64,000 nucleotides of DNA from Methanotrichaceae archaeon (GTDB lineage: Archaea; Halobacteriota; Methanosarcinia; Methanotrichales; Methanotrichaceae): contig CAVVKN010000006.1 of NCBI GenBank assembly GCA_963748825.1, positions 124,149 to 188,148 on the forward strand. Reading direction: 5' to 3'. Shown here piece by piece: positions 10,181 through 19,561 of this stretch. Position 1 is the first letter of the stretch, and the number at the start of each line of letters is the position of its first letter. The notes under the pieces were generated by a model. It made no database searches. It saw only the letters and a list, made by a program, of their open reading frames with translations, and had not been told where the DNA came from. The translations under genes and the position numbers were made by a program.

Positions 10181-10620
10181 TGATCGATGCAAACGTATTC
10201 CTTTCGTATCTCTTTCCATCAGATAAGCTCGAAGCGGCGAAGAGAGTTTTTCGGTCCGCTGATGATTCCGTTACCATTCTTGACGTCCTGGAAGAAGTAG
10301 TTTACGTTGGCCTATCTCTAAATCACGGCTCGAAGGGATTTAAGCTAAAGGGAGAGATCATGAAGAAGGGCTTTAGCGAGATGGATCGGCAATTCCTGAG
10401 CAATTTGAGAGCCTTTCTGGACGAATACGGGATACGATTGGTAGAGACGCCAAATGATCTCGAAGCTATCCTGGAAGCCATGGCCGAGGACTTGCTTCTT
10501 CCGAGCGATGCTTTGATTGTGGCCTCTTGTAGACATCACAGGATAAAATGCATTGCCACCTTTGACAGTGATTTCAAGAGATTGAAAGACTTTGAAATCA
10601 TCGGAGAGGAAAGCAGATAA
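10180..10620 (+). CDS. vapC: PIN-domain toxin (VapC family)
   Basis: IDANVF...EEV...SDALIVASC...IATFDSDF acidic PIN tetrad. Confidence 0.9.
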   Translation: MIDANVFLSYLFPSDKLEAAKRVFRSADDSVTILDVLEEVVYVGLSLNHGSKGFKLKGEIMKKGFSEMDRQFLSNLRAFLDEYGIRLVETPNDLEAILEAMAEDLLLPSDALIVASCRHHRIKCIATFDSDFKRLKDFEIIGEESR

Positions 10621-10945
10621 AGCACTTTTGTGGCGCCATGATGATTCTGCAATTGTATTCTTAACCTAATGGATTCAACATAGCTGCTTTCCGGTCGCAT
10701 ACGAGTCTTCGCGCCCATGGCCCGTTGGCCGCCGAGCGATCGCTCCCCGGCCAGGCTACGGACTTCGCAAAGATGTGGGTGATGCCGGTACCAGTCGTGG
10801 CAACAGACTCCCGAGTAACGCAAGCTGATTATCGACCTAGGCCTTGAAACCTGCAAAGAAGCTGGAAGATCTCGTAAATCCAAGAATGGTGTGCTGGCAA
10901 GAATCTGATTCAGTCAAAAGAAGTAACCACAAAGGATGGAATTTG

Positions 10946-11764
10946 ATGGAAACCATAATCGTTGATGAGGATCTCTGCACCCGGTGCGGGATCTGCTCTT
11001 TAGTCTGCCCGGTGACAATTGTTTCCCCAGCCGATGAGAACACCCTCCCCAAAGTTGCGGATGAAAAAGCCGGCATGTGCCTCCAGTGCGGGCATTGCGA
11101 GGCTTTCTGCCCGTCCCAGGCGCTTCTCTTGAACATGCGGCCCGATGAAAGACTGCCCCTGCCGAACGGTGCGGGAACCATTTCTCCAGGAACAATAGCG
11201 TTCTATCTCAAGAAACGCAGGTCTGTGCGGCATTTCACCAGTGATCCTGTGCCAAGGGAGAAGATCCTCGAAATGCTTGATATTGCCCGGTACGCTGCAT
11301 CAGGAAGCAACGGGCAGCCAGTACAGTGGCTGGTTGTTCATGACCCCGAGGTGGTGAAAAAGATCGCTGGGCTTACCATCGAATGGATGAAGAGCCTTCT
11401 GAACACTGCCCATCCCATGAGCGGCTACGTGCCGATGTTTATTTCGGCGTGGGAGCAGGGACACGATATCATCTGCCGGGGCGCCCCACACCTGCTCTTT
11501 GCACATATTCCTGAGGGCAATCCGATTGCGTCTATCGATGCCATCATTGCGCTGACGCATTTCGATGTCGCTGCGCCTGCATTCGGTATCGGCACCTGCT
11601 GGGCGGGATTCGTCGCCATGGCGGCCATCTCCTATGAACCGCTCCAGAAGGAACTCGGCCTGCCCGCGGGACGAAAATGCGCCTATTCGATGATGTTCGG
11701 CTACCCGCAGTACAAGGTCTATGGGATCCCTCGAAGGAAATCCCTTGAGGTGACGTGGCAGTAA
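10946..11764 (+). CDS. Nitroreductase family protein with N-terminal 2x[4Fe-4S] ferredoxin domain
   Basis: CTRCGICSLVCP, CLQCGHCEAFCP, RRSVRHF, ASGSNGQP, GIGTCW; ATG at 10946 preferred over upstream TTG. Confidence 0.9.
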   Translation: METIIVDEDLCTRCGICSLVCPVTIVSPADENTLPKVADEKAGMCLQCGHCEAFCPSQALLLNMRPDERLPLPNGAGTISPGTIAFYLKKRRSVRHFTSDPVPREKILEMLDIARYAASGSNGQPVQWLVVHDPEVVKKIAGLTIEWMKSLLNTAHPMSGYVPMFISAWEQGHDIICRGAPHLLFAHIPEGNPIASIDAIIALTHFDVAAPAFGIGTCWAGFVAMAAISYEPLQKELGLPAGRKCAYSMMFGYPQYKVYGIPRRKSLEVTWQ

Positions 11765-11808
11765 ACCAGGCCTGCCTGAAAAACGGAAAAACGGAAAGGA
11801 GCACGACA

Positions 11809-12100
11809 ATGAAAGTCCTGGCAATCAACGGGAGTCCACGAAAGAAAGAGTTACGGGAAATGTGCCGTGCAAGACGGCTTGACACTCGTTCTTGAAAAGA
11901 TCAGGGATGCCGACGCCCTCATCCTCGGCTCGCCTATCTATTTCGGCACGGTGATCGGCATGATGCGCTGCTTCATGGAGCGGATGATGTTCCCGTACCT
12001 GACGTACACGAAACCTCCAGCCTCGCTCTTCCCTAAGATTATGCCGACTGCCTTCATCTACACAATGAACGTCTCCGAACAGCAGATGAAGGAGATTTAT
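11809..12100 (+). pseudogene. Iron-sulfur flavoprotein / NADPH-dependent FMN reductase family, internally deleted and 3'-truncated
   Basis: MKVLAINGSPRKK jumps out of frame to (SYG)KCAVQDGL...ADALILGSPIYFG...IYTMN; the CxxCxxC segment and C-terminus are missing. Confidence 0.8.
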
Positions 12101-12162
12101 GTAATCCTGGCCGGGCCTCCAGGGCTAATGATCGCGCTTTTTTTGGGAGAGGGCGGAGGATG

Positions 12163-12543
12163 CTATGCAGCATCGTCAGCCGCAGTAGTAAGATCGTTCT
12201 GCGTTGCCTGACATCTGAAGCTGAATGTATCGCCCTTTTCGTAGTTCATCGTCAAGAGAAACGTGTCCCCAGATTCAACGAGGAAAGTGCCAGAGCCGTT
12301 TACCAGATCTGTATCATCCCAGCCTTCAAAAGAGAAAATCAACTTCAGGCTTTCTTCATCCCTCTCGAATCGGCCATCGATGTAGCCGTCCTGGGTACCG
12401 AACTGATAGCTTCCCGTTACCTCGTTTTTTTCGTCCACATTTATGAGAAGATGTGGGTCTGGTGATTGGCTGAGATAATCTTCCACCATATCCACGGCCT
12501 CGATGACTTTCCATTTACCGGCGAATTCGCTTTCTGTAACCAT
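12163..12543 (-). CDS. Hypothetical acidic beta-rich protein
   Basis: ORF MVTESEFAGKWKVIE... with GGAGG upstream. Confidence 0.6.
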   Translation of the reverse strand: MVTESEFAGKWKVIEAVDMVEDYLSQSPDPHLLINVDEKNEVTGSYQFGTQDGYIDGRFERDEESLKLIFSFEGWDDTDLVNGSGTFLVESGDTFLLTMNYEKGDTFSFRCQATQNDLTTAADDAA

Positions 12544-12637
12544 TCTGGATCCTCCATGAGAATTATCGGCGATCTTTGCAGTCAATGGGATATGGCTTTT
12601 CCGGCCAAATTTCATGTCCTATTTTAGCATTCCTTGC

Positions 12638-13153
12638 CTAAAGCAGTATCTTCCCGGTCAAGGTTATGCGCACTTCTTTGGTCTTGCCCTTCTGCACCAG
12701 ATGCAGAGCGCCAAGCTCCGCCAGCCGGGCCACCTGGCGGGAGATGGTACTCTCGGAGACAGAGAGGCGCTTTGCGATATCGGTAATAGTAGTAGGCTGG
12801 CTCTCGCTTACGTCCTTCAAAATTCTCTTTTGCCGATCTTCCAGAATAGCGGTGATATTAGGCAGAGTAACCTCATGGAGGCTTCTTTCGATATCGCTGT
12901 AGTTGGTGGTCTTAAAGATCTTCCCGGACTGGGAGAGGCAGGCGATGGTGAAGGCGAGGAAGATCTCCCGCGGCCCGCCTGAGAGGTTAGCGATGACCTG
13001 GCCCTCGGCCTTCTCCAGAAGAGCTTTTAAAGAGATCACCATGCCCTCAAAATCCCGATGATCGACGCGGTGGATCTGCAGATCAATGGAGCTGTCTATT
13101 TGGCGGGAGAGGTCCCGGATGGCCTGTACCGTCTGCTCGCCGCGCGTATTGGC
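12638..13153 (-). pseudogene. csa3: CRISPR-associated CARF-HTH regulator Csa3, 5'-truncated
   Basis: CARF motif ANLSGGPR plus C-terminal wHTH (ITDIAKRLSVSESTISRQVARLAELG). The frame stays open upstream of the ATG (NTRGEQTVQAIRDL...HRDFEG) to a TAA at 13157-13159; the N-terminal strand is absent. Confidence 0.75.
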
Positions 13154-13181
13154 AAATTACCGAACTACAAAATCAACAAGG

Positions 13182-13218
13182 ATCGCAACGAGCGAGAAAA
13201 CCCGACAGGGATTGAAAC
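13182..13218 (+). CRISPR. Solitary 37-bp CRISPR repeat (no array)
   Basis: ATCGCAACGAGCGAGAAAACCCGACAGGGATTGAAAC: canonical ATTGAAAC 3' end, CCC-N4-GGG mini-hairpin, adjacent to csa3; no second copy seen in the window. Confidence 0.7.
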
Positions 13219-13512
13219 CGATCAGCTCTCCTTACGCCAGGGCTCTCCTGTCAACGCGCTCGCGCCTGCCCATGTCCTCCACGCTGGACTCCCTACCTGC
13301 AGATGATGATGGGGCTGGCAAACCTCTGGTGTTCTGCATCTACGATGAGCAGGCTAAAGGCCGGAAGGCCTAGGAGAAGATGCCGGGAGACCAGAGAACG
13401 CTGGAGGCATACTCTTGAGATGGCCCGGGAGGCACAAGTCCAGTCCGATCGAGCCCAGCGATGACGCCGTCTCTGAACTCACTATCTTTTTCGTTAGCAT
13501 GACCAAAAAACG

Positions 13513-14214
13513 CTATTTGACCTCATATGCGATGATGTCGGCAACGAATGGCCTAGTGCGGCTCACAGAATTGCCCTGTATTCTTATCTGAGCCCTTTGA
13601 TCATCAATCTTCCCCTGCAAGATTGTTCCCTTTTCTATCGAAGAGAAGCTGACCATATCGACCCCCGGAGCGATCTGCTGTTTAGTCCAGAGCATATTGC
13701 GGACGTTGGCCTCGGCAGAATGCGTGTCCGTCAGTGTGCCTTGGAAGCTGCTGGCACTGCCGTTAAGCTGCCAATACTGCAACAGAACACAGCCGCCCGA
13801 CGGATGGGAGAAGCTCCCTCCCGAATAGATCGAAAAATCAGCATCCATGGGATTTGCCGGATCCAGATCGGTATCAATTTCCAGGTGTAATGGGTTTGAT
13901 TCCGAAAAAGAACCACATATTTCTGGGCGGTATACTGAAATCTTTACATTTCGTTGGTAGTTTCCGGTATTCTGATAAACGAGATTGCCGTATGCATCGT
14001 AGTCCCAATATTCGATGCTCACAGTTGCAACACCGTCGTACTCTGTTTGTGACAAGGTCTTCGTGCCTTCATTAGCACTGTCCTTATTCAGAGCTTGCGT
14101 GACTTGCGCATTAATATTTGGATCGTTGTACGGTGTCCATATCTGCGCACTAGCTGAACAAATAATCACAAAAGCAAACGTGATTATCAAGAAAACAATC
14201 AACCTTCCATCCAT
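13513..14214 (-). CDS. Secreted hypothetical protein
   Basis: Signal peptide MDGRLIVFLIITFAFVIICSASA; GAGGA upstream. Confidence 0.65.
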   Translation of the reverse strand: MDGRLIVFLIITFAFVIICSASAQIWTPYNDPNINAQVTQALNKDSANEGTKTLSQTEYDGVATVSIEYWDYDAYGNLVYQNTGNYQRNVKISVYRPEICGSFSESNPLHLEIDTDLDPANPMDADFSIYSGGSFSHPSGGCVLLQYWQLNGSASSFQGTLTDTHSAEANVRNMLWTKQQIAPGVDMVSFSSIEKGTILQGKIDDQRAQIRIQGNSVSRTRPFVADIIAYEVK

Positions 14215-14333
14215 TTTCTCTTCCTCTATGTCGGACTCCATCTCTATGTGGGCAAGGATGCCTTTTTCCAATGCACGCATCGAATTATTTACGACAGCGC
14301 ACGCTCCCCTCCAGCGTTCCACCCTGGCCACCT

Positions 14334-14831
14334 CTACTTCTTAAGCTCAATGGCATACTCACAGTATGGATCGCCGGTGCACATCCTCTTCATGTACCTC
14401 ATGGTGTACCGTGGATTCAGGCTTTCGACTGAGCTTTGGCAAAAGGCCTGGCAGTGTGCAGGCGTTCCTGCAGTCGACCAGTACCCGATGTTCCGGTGAG
14501 CATTCAGCATCGGACAGCCAGTTATCTTGCCAATTACCCGTCTCTCATCGGCCTCTACGATCTCGCCCATAAGCTCAGGCCCCAGAATTATAGCAGAGAT
14601 AATGTCCAAAGTGCTATCGATTTCTGTAGCATTGCTCGCGGGAAGGCCCAGGGATTCCGCCAATGCTTTTGATTCCTTGCCTCCCTCACTCATGATCACA
14701 TTCCAAATTTCATCGATCTTATCGCCGATAATCTGCCTGACGAGCATGTCATAGACTACCGATTGACTATTTGCAGCCTTGGTGGCGATCTCCCAGCGCA
14801 CCTCTGCAGGAATATCTTTTATGCTGACCAT
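14334..14831 (-). CDS. Hypothetical protein, V4R/ATC-hydrolase-like fold
   Basis: ITGCP...HCQAFC...RMCTGDPYCEY cysteine pattern. Confidence 0.6.
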   Translation of the reverse strand: MVSIKDIPAEVRWEIATKAANSQSVVYDMLVRQIIGDKIDEIWNVIMSEGGKESKALAESLGLPASNATEIDSTLDIISAIILGPELMGEIVEADERRVIGKITGCPMLNAHRNIGYWSTAGTPAHCQAFCQSSVESLNPRYTMRYMKRMCTGDPYCEYAIELKK

Positions 14832-14847
14832 AGCAATACCTCACTGC

Positions 14848-15024
14848 AAATATACTGCCGTTAATAATTATATATCTTCTTCCACAGGACTAAAGGAGAT
14901 CCTGGCAGAGGTCTTCGGTGCCCGGCCCAGCGAGGTGGAGGAGATGATCCAGAGGTGGCTGGAGGAGAGCGGGATAGAGGAGCGCGAGGAGGGCCGTGGC
15001 CGGCGACGTTCTGCCTGGGCGAGC
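14848..15024 (+). pseudogene. Start-less fragment of a small hypothetical gene (LKEILAEVFGARPSEVEEMIQ)
   Basis: GC-rich coding-like remnant with no start codon. Confidence 0.35.
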
Positions 15025-15092
15025 AGGCAGAGATGTGAGAAGTCCGAGGTTCTGAAAATCAACCAGGCCCTGTCCTCATCATGTTGAAAATT

Positions 15093-15953
15093 CTATCCCA
15101 GCTCGAAGCTTGTTACGCCGAAGATTCCTTCCATCGGCAGGCCTGGGTCTTCCTTGGTGTACATGCGCACGGTCTCGAATACGGGATGCATGTGGTGACT
15201 TTTGGCCAGGTCCAAAGCTGCAGAGTTTGGCTCAGGTGTATCCAGGAAGACCGGCGCACCCAGTGGAGCATGGCCACAAAGAGCGCGGAACAGAGAATCA
15301 GCTACATCCTCATCATCAGCAAAAAGCGGCCCTATTTTATAGCCCTGATGGCATTCTCTGAGGACACCATAACCCTCCAGTTCGCCATCATTCACAGCTC
15401 CGATGGCAATCCCCCCTGGTTGCCCAATCCAGGATTTGGTGAATACATGCCTGGGCACAGGGAAGTATTGATCATCATAGGCCAGAAGATCTTCCATTGG
15501 CACTTCCGAGAGGTTTTTTAAGCCCTCAGCTCTGCGCTCTTGTCCCGTCCCAACTCCCTGGTAACGCACGCTCTTGTAGCATGGCCAAAAACCCTTGCGC
15601 TCATACAGCTTCTGCTGCTCCAAGACCGCATCAAGCCCAATGTTCCTGCCCTCCAGATACTTCATACCCGCGTTCCAGATCTCTGTGCCCAATCCCTGGC
15701 CTCTGAACGGTGGTTTGACTATGTAAAACCCCAGGAAGCCAAATGAGGCTTCGTAGGCTACTGCGGAGATACTTGCCACTGGTTTGCCTTCTAATATTCC
15801 CACGAAGAAGCCGTTTGCATCGGTTGTGTAAAAGGCTTCAGCGTCGTGAATACCAGGATTCCATCCTTCGGAGTTGGCCCAGGATATGGTGAGATCAACT
15901 TCATGCCTTGCTGCCTTCCTGATTGCGTACCCTTCTATTGACATTATCGGCAC
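15093..15953 (-). CDS. GNAT-family N-acetyltransferase, two-domain (YitH-like)
   Basis: EGWNPG, FYIVKPPFRGQGLG acetyl-CoA motif, YKIGPLFAD, GVTSFELG. Confidence 0.88.
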   Translation of the reverse strand: MPIMSIEGYAIRKAARHEVDLTISWANSEGWNPGIHDAEAFYTTDANGFFVGILEGKPVASISAVAYEASFGFLGFYIVKPPFRGQGLGTEIWNAGMKYLEGRNIGLDAVLEQQKLYERKGFWPCYKSVRYQGVGTGQERRAEGLKNLSEVPMEDLLAYDDQYFPVPRHVFTKSWIGQPGGIAIGAVNDGELEGYGVLRECHQGYKIGPLFADDEDVADSLFRALCGHAPLGAPVFLDTPEPNSAALDLAKSHHMHPVFETVRMYTKEDPGLPMEGIFGVTSFELG

Positions 15954-16877
15954 CTATGTCTCACTTTTAGTGTAGATCCCGGATCCCAGGAACCAGGTGT
16001 CGTTGACGTCTACCACATAACTGAGCTTGAGCGTGGGTGTCATATTCCTTGAAGCGTCGGGATAGATATAATAGAGAAATCCGTTCCCCATCCTAGCTGC
16101 GTCGATGGCTTGCGAGATGAAATCAACTCCGTTGGGATCTTTGACATCGATCCGGCTTGTGCCTATCAGCTCGGGCTGGTAAGGAAGGGCTAAAGTCCGA
16201 CCATCGTAATCGTAGGCAAAGATATATCGTCCATCTCTGGTAAAGTTGCCTTCCGGGTCGTTGAAAGCCTCCAAAGCCTTCTCTTTGCCGTTCTCATGGG
16301 CGAACTGCAAAGCTTCCTCAACATATGCCACAAGCTCATCTCTCTCCTCCTGACCAAAAGAGGCGGAAATGTTGGAGAGGTAGGTTCCAGAGCCCAGCCA
16401 CAGGCTGTCGTCCACCTTCTTAAGGTAGGTCAACTTCAGCTCTTCCCGGTCTTCATGGATGGGATTTTGGAACACCAGATACAGGATTCCTCCCCCTCTT
16501 TTAGCCAAAGAAAGCTCGTTTTTAACCACTGCTACTTCGTTGATGTCCAACAGGCCTCTTTGGTCATGGCCTACCAGGTCAGGTCTGATGGGATGGGCGA
16601 TATTGGTCCCGTTGAACTCGTAGGCGAAGATGTAGAGCTCTCCTCTGACAAATGATCCGGAACGGTTATTGAACTCCAGGAGAGCCTTCTCCTTGCCGTT
16701 ATCCTTTACGTAGGCAGCAGCCTCGTCCACGAAAGCCGTCAGCCTATTTATTTCTATAATATTAGTAGCATTGTCGTATCCAACCCCGTCCTCCGTAAGC
16801 TTAGAAGCAGCGAATGTAGTCGATACTATGATTAATATAGAAAATAGCAATGTGAATCCACTTCGATACGTCAACAT
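15954..16877 (-). CDS. Secreted protein with two single-Cache domains
   Basis: Two repeats of GKEKAL..FN...G.F..G..YIFAY...G...A.P; signal peptide. Confidence 0.85.
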   Translation of the reverse strand: MLTYRSGFTLLFSILIIVSTTFAASKLTEDGVGYDNATNIIEINRLTAFVDEAAAYVKDNGKEKALLEFNNRSGSFVRGELYIFAYEFNGTNIAHPIRPDLVGHDQRGLLDINEVAVVKNELSLAKRGGGILYLVFQNPIHEDREELKLTYLKKVDDSLWLGSGTYLSNISASFGQEERDELVAYVEEALQFAHENGKEKALEAFNDPEGNFTRDGRYIFAYDYDGRTLALPYQPELIGTSRIDVKDPNGVDFISQAIDAARMGNGFLYYIYPDASRNMTPTLKLSYVVDVNDTWFLGSGIYTKSET

Positions 16878-17015
16878 AAGAATGCTGACTGTTCTCCAAG
16901 ATTAAAAAAGTTATTGGGTGTCATTTCGTTACCTTCACGCGGTTTCTAAGATAAGACTGCTTTGGATCTGGAGTCCAGACTCACCGAAGATATTGGCAAA
17001 ATTTAAAATTCAAAT

Positions 17016-17819
17016 TCAATCAATTTTCTCCCTCATCCCCGCCATGAAGCTTGCCAGCATCACCGGCCCGTCGAAGCTGCCCCTCGCCCGGCTGGAGTCT
17101 ATGAAGATTTTGTCCATCAGCACAGGAGCGCCATAGGACTGTGCCCCGCATAATAGTAATAGCGTCCGGAAGATGAGATTCCCGGAAACGCCCTCAGGAG
17201 CTATGACGATGTCGTCTCCCCGACAGCTCTCAATCAGTATCCCTTTGTGGCAAGCCAGCAGGCCGGCTTCCTGCGCCCGGGCGGCGATCAGCTCTCCTTC
17301 CAGCAGACTCCTATCCACGCGCTCGCACCGGCCCATGTCCTCCATCCGGCCGCCCGAGAGCACGGCTGCCTGGGGCACGACGCCCATGCTCTGCAGGAAC
17401 TTCGCTCCACCCATCAAGAGATCCAGCCGGTCTGACATGCTCTCGCCCTCATCGATGCCCACCGGCCCCAGCAGGAAGGCCCAGCCGGACAGCTCCAGCA
17501 GGGCCAAACGCCGCACGCGGATCTGAAACTGCTCTGCCAGGGCCCGCATGGTCCTTCCCGCGGGCAGGTTTCCCCTCACTGCGCCCTCGATCTCGCCTGC
17601 AGCCAGGAGCCGCACCAGCTCCTTCCAGGGCTCTTTGCTGGCGACGTAATCCAGAGCACAGTCACAACACGGATCGCCTACCAGGAGCAGATCGGCATAC
17701 TCTGTGGCTGACTGCAAGGAGGCAATCAGCTCTGCATCTGCATTCCAGATACCGATGCCGATTCTGGCACGCCTGGCTCTGGCCTTTTCCCGCAAAGAAC
17801 GTACAAATATCGAGTCCAT
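17016..17819 (-). CDS. mtxX: Methanogenesis marker protein 4 (MtxX)
   Basis: AVRGNL, FLLGPVGIDEG, LSGGRMEDMGR, DIVIAPEGVSGNLIFRTL, IDSSR. Confidence 0.88.
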   Translation of the reverse strand: MDSIFVRSLREKARARRARIGIGIWNADAELIASLQSATEYADLLLVGDPCCDCALDYVASKEPWKELVRLLAAGEIEGAVRGNLPAGRTMRALAEQFQIRVRRLALLELSGWAFLLGPVGIDEGESMSDRLDLLMGGAKFLQSMGVVPQAAVLSGGRMEDMGRCERVDRSLLEGELIAARAQEAGLLACHKGILIESCRGDDIVIAPEGVSGNLIFRTLLLLCGAQSYGAPVLMDKIFIDSSRARGSFDGPVMLASFMAGMREKID

Positions 17820-18080
17820 ATCAGTCCCTAAATTGCAGCCGACGTTAGTACTACTATTTTGGCTTCTTACTGCGAAAATGCTTCTAAACTTCGCAAAGCC
17901 TCTACGAATAACAACTTAGAAAGCCTTGAAAAATTGTTCCCGAGATAATCGTAGTTCTCCGTCCGTTCGTCCTCTGTGCGCTTCTCTTGCCTCTGTGGTT
18001 AAATTCCGTAACCTTGGGTTTAATTACCATACCACCTCTTAACTTCGGCTACTTCACATACATGAGAACTTAATTATTCT

Positions 18081-19043
18081 TCAGTGTATTCCGGTTACGC
18101 ACTCCTTTTCCAGATCGAAAAGGACAATCTCTTCCACCCCATGGCGAATGACGAGCTTCCTCTCCGCTGTCACAAGGCCGATCACCCCTGCCGTCAGGCC
18201 GCGCCGTTCGAATACCTCTAAGACCGCCTCCACATTCTCAGGCTTGGTGGTCACGACAAAGCCCATTCCAGGATACATCTTCAGCCAGCTCGCCAGGTCC
18301 AGGTCCGCGGGAACCGGGATTGCTTCCACATCTACCACAGCGCCCACCTTGCTTGTCTCCAGCAGCATGCCCAGCGTCCCCAACAGTCCCGGATTGCTGA
18401 TATCTTTGCCTGCCTTGACGAGGCCCCTCTCACCCAGCTCCTGCATACTGCCTAGCTGCGTGAGCAGGGTCTTGCTGTCCTTGAAGCTGGTGGAGTCGAA
18501 GTTTATGGCGAACCGCGGGTGCACCCTGCCATCCATGTCGGCTGCCGCTACTACTACCTCGCCCGCCTTGGCCGTGCTGCTCAAGATCACTGCGTTCTTC
18601 TTTGCCTTGCCAAGGATTGCCACGTCCAGAGCGCTGTAGGGCGTGTCCGGATGCAGGTGCCCGCCAATGATTGGCACATGAAATTTTTCAATTGCTTTCT
18701 TCATGCCTTGCAGGACTTTCTCTGCAATCTCCTGGTTGTCCACAGAGAGTACATCCACCATTGCCACCGGCCAGCCGCCCATGGCCGCGATATCGTGTAC
18801 GTTGACCAGAACGGAACAGTAGCCGGACCACTCCGGATCAACCTCCATAAGCTTGGACCAGATGCCGTCCGCTGCCAGGAGCATGACCTCCTCCCCGTCG
18901 TCAATTACGGCCGCATCCTCACCAAAGGCGGCAATGATGCGCTCAGACTCAATGGGAAAGAATTGCATGAGGCTACCTATCTGCTTTTTGCGAGTGATGC
19001 CCACAAATCCTCGCAGCTGGGATGCCAGAGACTCCAGATTCAT
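18081..19043 (-). CDS. Methanogenesis marker protein 2 (AIR synthase/PurM-like)
   Basis: FGEDAAVI, LAADGIW, VNVHDIAAMGG, GGHLHPD, KDISNPG. Confidence 0.9.
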   Translation of the reverse strand: MNLESLASQLRGFVGITRKKQIGSLMQFFPIESERIIAAFGEDAAVIDDGEEVMLLAADGIWSKLMEVDPEWSGYCSVLVNVHDIAAMGGWPVAMVDVLSVDNQEIAEKVLQGMKKAIEKFHVPIIGGHLHPDTPYSALDVAILGKAKKNAVILSSTAKAGEVVVAAADMDGRVHPRFAINFDSTSFKDSKTLLTQLGSMQELGERGLVKAGKDISNPGLLGTLGMLLETSKVGAVVDVEAIPVPADLDLASWLKMYPGMGFVVTTKPENVEAVLEVFERRGLTAGVIGLVTAERKLVIRHGVEEIVLFDLEKECVTGIH

Positions 19044-19561
19044 CGAAGAATGTTGAGGCTTTGATCAAAAATAGATGACGCTTTGAGGGGCCGCAAGGTT
19101 CTTAAACTCCTGGCTAGGAGTGGGAAGTCCCGCTCTTTGCGGAGTTATTCCTCTGGCGAGAATGTTTCCAGTGGAAAAATGGCACAAAGAATTTTTTATA
19201 GTTTCTGCAGCTATTGAAAAAATGAAACTGGATCAATAATAATAATAAATGAATCTGGCTTTATTCCCTGTAAACGATATATGTTGTGGCACCAGCACAC
19301 GCGAAGCAGAGGGGTAGAAAGGTAATATAATTTACAAAGTAATCGAAAAAGAGCATCATGCGACCTCTTCTCGGCAATGTGACCCCGTTTTAATATAATC
19401 CTTAAAAGAAGAGAAAAGCATTCTCACTTTTTCAACATGCTTCTCTTTTGGCAATCAGTGTCTGCTCATCCTTTTCTGGAATCATCATCTGCCCATATCA
19501 GTTAAGTAAGAAATAAGAAAGTAAGAGAAGGTGAACGCGGGAAAAAAATAGCAATCCGAGT

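Noticed and set aside
13182-13500. Full CRISPR array
   Set aside because: Only one repeat copy found; no regularly spaced second repeat on either side.
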